DNA of 64,000 nt from Botryllus schlosseri (lineage: Eukaryota): positions 13,084,001 to 13,148,000 of the forward strand of contig CM119371.1 of the NCBI GenBank assembly GCA_051294905.1, read 5' to 3'. Positions 24,900 through 37,468 of the stretch are shown piece by piece. The notes beneath the pieces were generated by a model, which was given only the letters and a program-made list of their open reading frames with translations, was not told where the DNA came from and ran no database searches. The position numbers and the translations under genes were made by a program. Positions within the stretch are counted from its first letter, which is position 1; every line of letters starts with the position of its first letter.

Positions 24900-27540
24900 A
24901 TAGAAATAAGAAGTACAGCTACAAAGTTGTCATAAATTAGATTCTAATTAGAGCAAAGAAACGTTTCACTAATTGGTGCAGAATTAGAATTATAGCAACA
25001 CAGTTGTTTTCGCAAATTAGATTCTAATTAGAGAAAAGAAGCATTTCACAAATTGGTGTAGCAATAGAATTATAGCGACACAGTTGCAACCACAAATTAC
25101 ATTTGAATCAAAGCAAAGAAACATTTCACAAATTGGGATAGAATTAGAATCATAGCGACATAAGTTGTCATCACAAATTAGATTCTAATTGGAGCAAAAA
25201 CATTTCAAAAATTGGAGTAGAATTACAATCATAGCAACACAGTTGTTTTCACAAATTAGATTCAAATTAGAGCAAAGAAACATTTAACAAATTGGGGTAG
25301 AATTACAATCATAGCAACATAGTTGTTTTCACAAATTAGATTCTAATTGGAGCAAAGAAACATTTCACAAATTGGGGTAGAATTACAATCATAGCAACAC
25401 AGTTGTTTTCACAAATTAGATTCTAATTGGAGCAAAGAAACATTTCACAAATTGGGGTAGAATTACAATCATAGCAACACAGTTGTTTTCACAAATTAGA
25501 TTCAAATTAGAGCAAAGTAACATTTCACAAATTGGGGTAGAATTACAATCATAGCAACACAGTTGTTTTCACAAATTAGATTCTAATTGGAGCAAAGAAA
25601 CATTTCACAAATTGGGGTAGAATTACAATCATAGCAACACAGTTGTTTTCACAAATTAGATTCTAATTGGAGCAAAAAACATTTCACAAATTGGGGTAGA
25701 ATTACAATCATAGCAACACAGTTGTTTTCACAAATTAGATTCTAATTGGAGCAAAGAAACATTACACAAATTGGGGTAGAATTACAATCATAGCAACACA
25801 GTTGTTTTCATAAATTAGATTCTAATTGGAGCAAAGAAACATTTAGCAAATTGGGGTAGAATTACAATCATAGCAACACAATTGTTTTCACAAATTAGAT
25901 TCTAATTGGAACAAAAAACATTTCACAAATTGGGGTAGAATTACAATCATAGCAACACAGTTGTTTTCACAAATTAGATTCTAATTGGAGCAAAGACACA
26001 TTTCACAAATTTGGGTAGAATTACAATCATAGCAACACAGTTGTTTTCACAAATTAGATTCTAATTGGAGCAAAGAAACATTTAGCAAATTGGGGTAGAA
26101 TTACAATCATAGCAACACAGTTGTTTTCACAAATTAGATTCTAATTGGAGCAAAATACATTTCACAAATTGGGGTAGAATTACAATCATAGCAACACAGT
26201 TGTTTTCACAAATTAGATTCTAATTGGAGCAAAAAACATTTCACAAATTGGGGTAGAATTACAATCATAGCAACACAGTTGTTTTCATAAATTAGATTCT
26301 AATTAATGCAAAAAACATTTCCCAAATTGGAGTATAATTAAAGTCATAGCGACACAGTTGTTATCACAAATTAGATTCTAATTAGTGCAAAAAAGATTTC
26401 ATAAATTGGAGTAGAGTTAGAATCATGGCGACACAATTGTTATCACAAATTAGATTCTAATTAGAGAAAATAACATTTCAAAAATAGGAGTAGAATTACA
26501 ATCATAGCAACACAGTTGTTTTCACAAATTAGACTCTAATTAACGCAAAAAAACATTTCAAATATTGGAGTAGAATTAGAATGATGGTAACACAGTTGTT
26601 TTCACAAATTAGATTCTAATTAGATCAAAAAAACATTTCCCAAATTGGAGTAGAATTAGAATCATAGCGACACAGTTGTTATCACAAATTAGATTCTAAT
26701 TAGAGCAAAAAAACATTTCAAATATTGGAGTAGAATTAGAATGATGGTAACACAGTTGTTTTCACAAATTAGATTCTAATTAGATCAAAAAAACATTTCC
26801 CAAATTGGAGTAGAATTAGAATCATAGCGACACAGTTGTTATCACAAATTAGATTCTAATTAGAGCAAAAAAACATTTCAAATATTGGAGTAGAATTAGA
26901 ATGATGGTAACACAGTTGTTTTCACAAATTAGATTCTAATTAGATCAAAAAAACATTTCCCAAATTGGAGTAGAATTATAATTACGGTATAGCGACACAG
27001 TTGTTATCACAAATTCGATTCGAATCAGAGCAAAGTGACATTTGAAAAATAGAAGTAGAATCAGAATAATTACTGCAGTATATTTTCTGAATTAGACTAG
27101 AGTCCAATTAGAGGTAGTTTTTATTTCAATTAGAATTAGAAATATAGCTATACGGTAGTTGTTTTCTAAATTAGATTCGATTGAGAGCAAAGAAACATTT
27201 CGCAAATTAGCGTAGCATCAGAATTTATAGCTACACAGCTTTTTCCAAATTAGAGTAGAAATAGATTTGTAGTTTTTTTTCGAAATTAGAGTGGGACCAG
27301 AATTATAGTAACAGTTTTTTTCAAATAATAAAGTAGAATTAGAACTATAGCTACACTGTTTTTTCCAAATTAGAGTACAATTAGAATGATGGGTTCAGTT
27401 GTTTTCACAAATTAGATTCGAATGAGAGAGACGAAGCACTTCACGAATTAAAGTAGAATTAGAATTATAGCTAGTTTTTTTTCAAAAGTATCATCAGAAT
27501 TTTAGCTACACATTTTTTCACTCTAATTAGACAACTAGAC
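24900..27540. repeat. Satellite array, 79-80-bp unit, homogeneous core with degenerate edges
   Basis: Unit agttgttttcacaaattagattctaattggagcaaagaaacatttcacaaattggggtagaattacaatcatagcaacac starts at 25321, 25401, 25481, 25561 and onward; 160-bp periodicity at 26561/26721/26881. Confidence 0.97.
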
Positions 27541-30251
27541 TAGTACTAGAATTGTATAGTTGTCCAAGTCAGCAAACGAAATCAAAATCATTAGTGGGAT
27601 TTCTGAAATCTGCTCAGAAGACAGAGAAGCTTGTTTGATTGAAACCCAAATTTTTGTCTTCAATCAGAACATACTGTAAAATTGAGAGTATCTTGAAAAC
27701 TTTTGGATATGTGGGGTCACAAACATAATAGAGAAGATCCAGCACCATCTCAAATGGTGTCGCTTTATTGTGAGACGATCCCTTTATGCGGAAGCCATTC
27801 GCCACGATCCATGACTGCAGGAAGTGCAGGTCACCATTTTCATGGTGCGCTAGTACGAGATGTCAAGGACTTAGCTTTGTGGCCGTTAATTGGACTGAAT
27901 GGGCCTGGAATTGAAAGAAATATGTTAAGTAAAATTATATTGCCAATAATCCATGTGTGAATTGAAAGCACAAGATTTAGATTATGTAGAATTGCCTTTA
28001 TGGGTCTTCTGCATAATGAAATATTGAATAAAAATAGAGCTGAATAGGTCAATATAGGTTTTTGTCAATATGGTTTAACAAGCTTAACTCATGGAAACAA
28101 GTGATAGCAAATTCTGTCCTCACGATATGCTGTCTAGTCGTTGACATGTATGGGTTTTTTCCACATAATCATAAGTTTACTAACCTTTAATGATCCATTC
28201 AGATTTGATCAGTATACCATCATACAGGTTCCTTTTGGAACGGCACAAGTATTATGTTCACATTCACTGATTCTATGCACTATATCCATGGTAGCCATCC
28301 TCATGGTCTCAAAGTCAGGAAAACCAAAAATTACATTAGCAGCAGAAATGATTTTCCATGGTTTGGGACCAAAACGAATTTGCACCAGCTCATTCTAACT
28401 TAGATTTAGCCTTATCAACAAGAATGATGTAATTGAAAAGCATTTAATAAACATTTATTTTTGGAGGCCTTTTTCAGTTCGAGTGTTTATTGCACCGTCA
28501 TAACGTAAACAGCGTCAATCAAAACATAGGCCTACCATATTTTCAGCACCCAAAACAATTGTGCCACATTTTGGCGGCACACATATGAGCTCAACAGACC
28601 CTGAATTAGAACACATGTTTGTGGCGCAACTTGGAAATTAACAGACCCCCGAATTAGAACCAACTCAACATATGCGCATGTTAAGCCATAAACTTTTCAA
28701 ACTAGCTGTACTTTTGTGACGGTCTGTTAAGTTCGAACTTGTGCCAGATAGTGGCATGCAAAACGTCCAAGGTGTTACGGAAGACGCCGAACAATGTTTG
28801 CCGAAAAATCAGGACAAGAGTCGAAATCAGTACAAATCTGACAAATCAGGACGTTATGGTACTTCTATGTTCACTGTTCACACAGTTCCAGGTTAAGCAA
28901 GCAGCAAATCCTACAACTCACCTGATAAAGCGTTATCGCCCTCAAATCCTGTTGTGATTCTCTTTTCAGTTACTGCATTTCGTAATTCCATCAGGAGTAT
29001 AACCGCAGCGGGTTCTTTTCCCTACAAATAAATATAATAATAAATATAAATAATGTAGAAGATTTGGTTGAAGGACATTCCACTTATTGCATTCCGGTTG
29101 ATATGAAGGCAAGAGTTCTGACACAACAATATTTAATATATAAAATTGCAACAAAAATAAACAGGATTATCCCAATTAATAAATTCATTCTAAAGTAGTT
29201 AAATAATACTAACCTCTTCATCTGTCTTTAGCTCTACTCCAAATATTTCGTCATGAGTAGTAAGTATTTCGCTTCGACACTCCTCGGAACGAACATTTGA
29301 AGCCCTGCTCTGATCTATTACAAAGGCAAAGTGTTACTATAAAAGCAGCTATATGTATTGAGCTAAGCATGCACATTGCAATACACTTCTATGTGATGTA
29401 TAGAGGGAACTTGATATGAATATAATAAGATTTATTTCACTGGATAATATTAACAATAATTATTATAATAGGTTCATGAATGAAATGTCAGGTTTTCAAC
29501 CAATGAAAATGTCATGTAGGCCTAATTGGAAAAACAAGTGAGTCAACTGCAAAACAAGATCTATATAACTTGGTCAAGAATTCTAGTTGTAAACCCATAT
29601 TGCATCAAGTTAGAGGATTAACTGACATTCTGAAACTCAGGCCCTTTTCATACCGGATTTACGAAACTCTTTCGGGAACAAGTTCCGAAACAGGCGATGT
29701 TCACATAGAGAAAAAATTACCGAAACAGTTCCGGGAAAAGAGCACGTTCATACCTATTTAGAGTTACCGCGAACTTATGTTCATACAGGTCGTTTTTTCG
29801 GTAAATTCGCGGGAAATTATGGTCAGTATGAAAGCGATTCTCCGTAAGTGTTGATAGTTACGAAACCATGTCTGTGGGGTGTTCCAGTTGTGATATGCTT
29901 GTGGAAAACGATGCGGGAGAGGGATATTCGTGAGATGCGGATAAGTTGGCTCCAACTTTTAGCTATGGGATTCTGCGGATATGCCTTCTCGATGTGTATG
30001 GGGCTATATACTCAATATACCATAGTATCAGTAATAGAGCCCGAGCATGTTTCTGGCTTGTGTATTATCAACCAAAGCTGAGAGCAGAAACTGAAAGCCA
30101 GCAAAGAGGATAGAGTCCTGTCATGAGAAGAACCACCGATCACATCTTCGTACGACAAAGTCAGTTTATCTTTGTGATTGCTGTATGATGGTTTGGGTAA
30201 ATCTAATCTTGTACACTGTACAGAGAAACCAGGGAATTCGAGAAATCCGTG

Positions 30252-30390
30252 AGAGAAACATTTGGTATACTCTGCGACGAGCTTCGAGACCATAACGAAA
30301 AGCAGCCAGCAAATTATACGAACTCAATTTCTCTTGCTTGCTGAGTAGCTGTCGCTCTTTGGAGGCTAGCCAATGAAGCCAATCGTTTAT
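30252..30390 (+). pseudogene. Harbinger (HARBI1-like) transposase N-terminal remnant
   Basis: RETFGILCDELRDHNEKQPANYTNSISLAC*VAVALWRLANE matches the Harbinger pattern R-x-TF-xx-LC-x-EL ... IS-xxx-RVAVALWRLA; in-frame stops. Confidence 0.8.
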
Positions 30391-30559
30391 AGATCCAGGT
30401 AAACATCTGATGTATTTTAAGAAGGCAACTGCCACAAGTTGATTTTAATAAAAATAATTGCTGGTGCCTAGCCAGACTGGAATCTTCAATAGAATAATTG
30501 AAGAATTGAATGGAAAGTTGCGTGTGACGTTTACCACCAATTCCACTCTGGGTGCCTAG

Positions 30560-31150
30560 TAGGGCTAGCCACAATGATTCGAGTACTCGAATCTGAATCG
30601 AGTATTAGCTTTAATGATTCGAGTCGAGTAGTAAAATACTATTTTTCGAGTACTGAAATTATACTGAAAGTTGATTTACTAACGAGAATAATACCGTAGT
30701 TTTGATACTATATTTCACTGAGTAAGCCTTGAAACCTTGATTGGCCGCCTGATGGGAATCACTAGACTTTTTGCCTGATAGATCAGGTGAGCAGCGATGA
30801 TTTTCCAAGTTCAAGTAATTTGATAAAAAATAATTAAAAAATATAACATATAGTGTGAGCACAGGACACCTATTCCAAAGGTGATTGGCCGTGTCGCAAC
30901 GTACGAGATATAGTACAAAGCTACGAACGTTGCTGGAAATAACACATTTCCGAAGTCATGTCAGTATCTTCAATGTGATGGACAATAGGCGTTATGTTCT
31001 TTATGGTGGCATAAAAGGTAGCCTGCACATTTGAATTTTGGCATATGACATTGTGTTGTGGTGTCATCATGATGATACTTGACTCGACTCGAAGCGTAAT
31101 AAGTGATTCAGAATCGAATCACTCAGGTACTCGATTTTGCCCAGCCCTCA
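30560..31150. mobile_element. hAT (Ac-type) MITE nested in the Harbinger element
   Basis: tagggct...agccct(c)a ends, gagtactcga subterminal repeats, TSD GTGCCTAG / GTGCATAG (7/8). Confidence 0.75.
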
Positions 31151-34100
31151 GTGCATAGTAATATTTCTATATTTGTCATGGCGGAATGTCAGCCAGTTTT
31201 TGCGTAGCATACCACTACAAAAAGGTCAGACAAATTTGGTCTTGAATCATTATGTTAGAAAAAAAAGTCTGAAAGACCATGCCAAGTAGGCTACTTTCTG
31301 TGTCAAAAGTAAGACCCAAATTGATGGAAAATAGACTTAAACTGGAAACTGAGCAGTCAACACAATGACTTGGACTCGGACGAGTCATAAAACCATGACT
31401 CGAACTCGACGCTCTGTTCGATGAGTTGGACTCGGATTTGACTCGGTGGTAAATGGAAAATGACTCGACTTGAATCTACTCAAAACTATTGAAGTGGGAT
31501 CGACTTGTGACTTGGTTACAACCCTGCTCACTTATTAAGACAGAAATTGCTGAAAATGAGACCAAATTTGTATATTTTTTGTAGTGGAGTCAGACATGCA
31601 CATCAACCTACTTTCAGTTACTTAGTTCTAGTTGTGTTAGTTCTAGTTGTGGATTTGAAAAAGTAAATAGTTTCTGGTTCTAGTTGCGGATATTAGAAAC
31701 TGAGTAGTTCTAGTTCTAATTGCAGATTTTGAAAAGTTTATAGTTCTAGTTCAGGGCCAGCCACTAGTTCTAGTTCGGGGCCGGCCACTAGTTCTAGTTC
31801 AAGGCCGGCCAACCCGTGGCCCGCGAGTTAATTTCCGAAATTAGTAGAATTATCAAAAATGGATTGCACAGATTGTGAACTTGCAAGGCCAATCAAAAAT
31901 TTGATTAGTCTGGCCGCAACACTTGAGATGCAATGACTGAAATATCAGTCCCGACGCATTGGTAGATCTATGAGCCAGTCACATTTTGGTAGATCTTCGT
32001 ACACTACAATGAAGCAGAATACTTTGCGATAGATTTATCAAAAGTAAAAATTTTCTACACTCTTATAGCGCAACAGCTTGTCCCTCGATTTCTTGCTTTT
32101 AATATTGTTACCCCTTTGTGAAAATGAAAGAACGCCTAATGCATCAGATTGAGTCTAACTATATATATTCGCGACCTACCGTTTGCGCTCGCAGGAAGAC
32201 CGTCGACTATGAAACCTAGGCACCAAATGATTGCCGCATGTTGGACGAAGCTTCCGATATCGATATGTCCAGGTGCCGAATAGTCCAGTCCTTGCAAACT
32301 GAGCCAAGCGATATACAGCAGGCTTGCTATTTAGTCAAGTGACAATATTATTAATTTATCAACGTCAAAAAAGTTTCGCGCTTGGCGCGGCTAGTAGAGC
32401 ATAAGCTAAAGCTAATTTCAAATATGTAATATAAATTTCCTTTCTGCTGCCCTTAAAATTCACAATTGCTTTTTCAGAAACTTAGCAAAGGTTGAAAGAT
32501 TTTGGTCGACTGAAGGCGCGGTATTTGGCTTTGCTCAGAAACTGCAATCCGCTAAGGCCAGAATGATACAGATGATGGTATACACACAATGAAGACAAGA
32601 CCTGGTGGTGATCCAAGTATCGCTGGCCCAGACGTCGGAAATGCCCTGTGTGACTTTCTCAATAAACAATGCTCTTCCTTAACCAGATGTGTTTTTGCTG
32701 TTTCATTTTATTCATGAGAGAAAATATAACTTAATGCACAGTTCCACCTTTTTCACCAGTATATCCTCCATCTAGACCTGCGAAAAGATCAGATTTAAGT
32801 TACACTTGTGTAACACTGCATAACAAAGGAATGACTTGGTTGTAACAAGAAAATGAAGGCATAGGTGAAAACCAAATTATGGCTTGGATAATGTACGATG
32901 GTTTACCAGCCAGTTGGTACAATTTCAATTTTGGTTAGTGATTCAGAGCTAAGGTCATCATTCTCTGCTGTGCTGCCACTATCAAAGCAGATGTTACTAA
33001 ATCACCTTTTCAGTAGGCGTATATGACGGTGACTAACCTACGGACAGCATATCCGTGGTTAGAAACTTGCCTTTGATGTAACAAATTAGTTAAGGGTTAA
33101 GATAACCTACCAAATTAGTGTTTAAATCCTAAAGTTTTCAGGCAACTCACCCAATGCTGCATCATTTGGAGATGGTGTCCTACCTTTCTAGCCGTGCTCT
33201 GTTCACAAAACCACAGAAAAATGAAGCTGACTAGTAGTCAGTGACTACGTATTGTGAGCATACATAATATGAATCCAAGAATAATGCATTCCCAACACCA
33301 TTACACACGTAGATCAAAATGCAGCAGGTAGCCCGAATGAACAGCGCGTTACCGTAACTAAAAGTTTGATTGACAGCGTTCCGGGAACCCAGCTGCGCCA
33401 TTCGTGTTCATACTCAGTCGATCCCGTAAAAATCTCCGAAAATAAGCGCGTTCATACCGCCCCGAAACACCAGTGTTATGTTCACATAGAGGGGTTCCGG
33501 TAAACATTTTCGAGAAATGTTATTCCCGGAACCCCGGTATGAAAAGGGCCTCAGTTGATGCAAGTTGATCTAAAAGCCAATATACCATTATTTATCACAC
33601 AGCTGCTTGCTGTAAGAACCCTCTTGACAACATACCGGTAATCATAACATATCGCATGTTGATATTCTTGAACGAATTACCTTCAATTATTAAAGCAATG
33701 TGTTCTCTCGTAATGCCGTACGCAATCAACATCTTCTTCATTCCTTCCGCTATGATGAGATCAGCGACACGTTCACCACATCCACAAAGTCACTGTACTG
33801 CGACCTGTCGCTCCATTTAAATTTGACCCTTTGACCCTGACTGAGTTCCCGCCGTTACCGAGAGATGTGAACCGTGAATGAGAGAGAGAGAGAGAGAGAG
33901 GGATAGCAATAGAGAAATATAGAGATGTTTATTCAGTCAACAGTCAGAAGCAGAATGCAGTGATAATAGCCAGGTAACACTAACGATGACTAAACAACGT
34001 ACTTCAAAATTACATGGTGATGACAATGATTGATTGATTGATTGATTTCTTCATTGCTATACTGCTGATATATCAATGATCATTAATGGGGAAACGCAAT

Positions 34101-36293
34101 ATAATGGAAGTCATAGTCAAGTCAGACAATCATGTGGTTGTAACAATGCTATATATAATTGGGTTGAAATGATCAATTACTTCTGCCAGTTTGGTAGGTA
34201 AATAAAATGAGAAGAGAAACGTTCACAAAACCTAGTAAATGCAAGAAAGCGACACACTAAAATAATGGAGCAACATTGATGAAACAGCAGTCCACTTCAT
34301 GGCTCCTGAGCTATGTGCCCTTTTAGGTACGCATGTGTGCAATTGATTTGAGCTGACGCGGTCTCTGCTCACATAAATTATAAGTTGCGCACAAAAAATC
34401 CGAAGAGATGACCTTTTTTTAGTGGTTACGCACTGTTGTCCAAGGGACCGCGCAGTGAATAGGTGAGCGCTTGCTGCAGACTCGTCAAAATTAGAGGTAA
34501 CATTGCTTATGAGCTATATGTAAACGGGGCTAAAAGCACGCACTACTTACACGAGAGTCGTTATTACCGTTCAACATCTATTATAGAAATGCTGCATCAT
34601 TTGAGAATCTATATCTTGCAGCTTAATTCCTCCCCTGCAAATATCCCAGCGGGAGCAAACGGACCCCAGGGTCATTGGGTTTACCGATGACGTCATGATC
34701 GGCACACGAGTGTACCGTACCTTACCCTGGATGATCTGGTCATTTACCAGTGATATTACGATAAGTTTCAGCAGCGTTTCCAGCGTCGACCTCACAATCC
34801 CTCTCAATCTTACTGATCTCACAACTGGTGCGGCGACTTACCGGACTATTAAAATGTATACGTAAACTCTTTCATAGTGATCAAAGCCGGCGACAGATGA
34901 TAAGATGAGAGCAGAAGCACATATTTCGTAACTTTATCTGATGAAGTGTGGACTTGCACATATTATGACACCACTTCGGCGAAAGATTTGGGTCGACTTT
35001 ATGTGTTTGTCCCATATTGCATCTCTGAATGCACAATTTTGTGTCTAAATCGATGCTTTCGATTTAGAGTGTACCGCGACAATGGTGCTACAGCGACTAG
35101 CGATACGGAGATAATGTCGAAATCCGGGCACGATATTGATGTATATTGAGCGACTGTCCTTTGTGGGAGACGTCGTAACTACCATAGCTATTCATTGGCA
35201 CTATAGAGAGTAAAATAATTTGCTGGCAACGTGAGATGTGATTAATCGAGCCCCTTGCGTCGTCAACATAAATGTGCAGTACTGTTTACGCGGAACTACA
35301 CCAACTTGTATGTGGAAAAGAATGCGATTAAATCTCCTTGAAGCGGCGTCTCGCTGTTTTCAAAATATGAATCATTGCAACAATGACATGACTCACATAA
35401 TATTATTAAGTGTAGGGCCTACTGTACGTCATCAACAAGTACTTCCTCTTCATAGTTTCAGATATGCATGCTGTATATGGTTGCTATGATTGCATGATAA
35501 ATTTACAATCATGGCTATGTCTGTCTTTCGGCCGATTTAAAAAAAAAATGTAAATCATTCGGTAATGCTCTTACCGGAAAGCCTCTAGAAAACAGCTGGA
35601 AGATATACAAAGCGTAGACTGACTGTTATGGGGAATTTTGGGTTTATGTCAGGAAGCTTCACTTTCGTTATCCGCCAATGTCTATGTATCACAGTAAGTT
35701 TACGACAGTGTGTAATCACAGTGAGAGTTCATGTCAGCGGTGTAGTACTTCATCCATATTCCATATGTAGATTACTTGAAATTGGTTTGGCAAAAATCAT
35801 CCTAAATGTGCAGTGTAATTCAAAGGATCGGCTTAAGATTAATTTTCTCGATTTTCAATAAGCCTTGTGATACGCTTTGAGTTTCGACCTGACAATAGAA
35901 CGAAAAACGTATAGGTAATTACCACTGCCGAGACTAAAAATATTCGCTGTGGTTCTCATGTAATTCATTCCTATCGTTGTTAAAGACGTCGTATAATACT
36001 GTATGCCATATCGAGAAACCACACAATATTAGTAAAGCCATCATCATATCCAAGTCTGACATCTGAAAATTGCGGCCAGCGCATAACACGAATTCATCAC
36101 GCCGCTTTTCAGCACGGGAAAAGCTAGAGTTATCCAGCACACGGTTATTGTGGTCGGCTACCACACCAAGTCTAACTTTTTTCTAGTTCGATTAGATTCT
36201 GATTAGGTCGGCGCGGTGTTGTAGGAGCTCCTTTGCGAATCCGTTAACTCAGGTGAAATTTCAGCATGTATCTGCAGACCATATGATATAGAC

Positions 36294-37468
36294 CAGAGGT
36301 CTCAAACTCAAATGTGCTCGCGGGCCAGTTTTCCAGTTTTGACGACGCCGCGGGCCGCAGCATTTATAGGGGTGTTCTAATGTCTTTCCAAGTAGGCCTC
36401 ATTTGGCGTGAATGAACTGTCTTATTGAAAGTGAGCCGATCCAGCAGACTGACAGTAAACACTCATCATCAAAATGTGATTTACTGTTGTATCAATTTAG
36501 GCCTGGCACGAGAAGAATCATCACATACATAACTATTTGAATAAAATTGTTGTTGTACTGATATATATTAATTATAAGATATAGACACCATATGGGTGGA
36601 CGGAAAAATGTATGATGCCACCATAAAAGCTATCGGGTTATAATTTTTCAGCTACTATGAATATTTTGAATTTAACATATTGATAATAAAGACTAATCTG
36701 ATATCAAAACAGTTTTATGTTGAGCATTGTAATGCCGATCCAGGATTCGGGTATACTTCTGATAAGTAGGCTATTAATCTCATGGCCAAATATCTTCAAA
36801 TATAGGAGCAGAAAAAATATAAATATAATATAAATATATTATTGAATGTGACCTAGTGATTGAAATGTCGGAACGCCGAACGGCCCATTGCTATTACATC
36901 GTTGGAGCGTACCACTACGGTACTCGGCACCTTTAAGAACATGGTTTAGCGGCCAAAGATGTAACAACAGATTGCCAATGGTTGCCATAACTACTTGCGA
37001 AATACCAAGCTGCGACCTTCTGATCTATTACTATTCTCCTGATACGCGATTAGTTTGTTGCGTCCATGGTTCAAACAAATTCACGGCATTCCGAGTAACT
37101 CCAAGTCCACTCGAGTCATTTTCATTTCGCCATCGAGTTAGCCCGAGTCTGAGTAGTCCTAGTCCAACTCACAAATTTCAGTCACGAATCGTCTAAGTGT
37201 CAGGTTTTGACATCATGAATTGGAAATGTGGCGAAATAGCGAATCTTCCACTGCATGGTAGCGTTTGCAATTGATGTGAAAGTGAAGTTTGATGAATAAT
37301 TTAGGGCTTTCGGAGCAGTTTAAGAGGGGACTTTCACGTTACAACCTGAAAAGATATGTGATACTTATATATTGTCAAAGTAAGAAAAATCTAAAATGTC
37401 GTCGCAGGCCGCACAAAATGCTCTGGCGGGCCGCATGCGGCCCGCGGGCCGCGTGTTTGAGATCTCTG
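36294..37468. mobile_element. hAT (Buster-type) non-autonomous element, 1175 bp
   Basis: TIR cagaggtctcaaac...gtttgagatctctg; perfect TSD ATATAGAC at 36286-93 and 37469-76; gcgggcc subterminal motifs. Confidence 0.92.

Larger units (their letters stand above)
29640..33550 (+). mobile_element. PIF/Harbinger element, 3.9 kb, inserted in intron 1 of the CACTA gene
   Basis: Perfect 17-bp TIR ggcccttttcataccgg / ccggtatgaaaagggcc; 3-bp TSD TCA at 29637-39 and 33551-53; transposase remnant inside. Confidence 0.88.
27614..33816 (-). pseudogene. Decayed 5-exon accessory gene of the CACTA-like element (N-terminal SAM-like segment, SAMD3-like C-terminal motif)
   Basis: Exons 33816-33681 (MERQVAVQ*LCGCGERVADLIIAEGMKKMLIAYGITREHIALIIE), 29314-29214, 29021-28922, 28394-28185 and 27904-27614 (..SP*HLVL..MVLDLLYYVCDPTYPKVFKILSILQYVLIE..). 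Splice sites are canonical; phases match except at exon 3/4; several in-frame stops. Confidence 0.6.
24602..35071 (-). mobile_element. CACTA/EnSpm (CMC)-like element of about 10.5 kb; no transposase detected
   Basis: Left end TA|cactctaaattcgaatgc; right end gctttcgatttagagtg|TA (reverse complement cactctaaa-tcgaaagc). CAC termini with 2-bp TA flanks; an internal tandem array and a SAM-like accessory gene fit animal EnSpm elements. Confidence 0.7.

Noticed and set aside
24900..27540. CRISPR-like array or repetitive protein
   Set aside because: Units are contiguous with no unique spacers, no cas genes are present, the context is eukaryotic, and the 80-bp unit breaks frame and contains stops.
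35628..35693. Candidate first or signal-peptide exon of gene B (donor aca|gtaagt)
   Set aside because: The ATG frame is not signal-like and the hydrophobic frame has an upstream stop; no linking exons were found.
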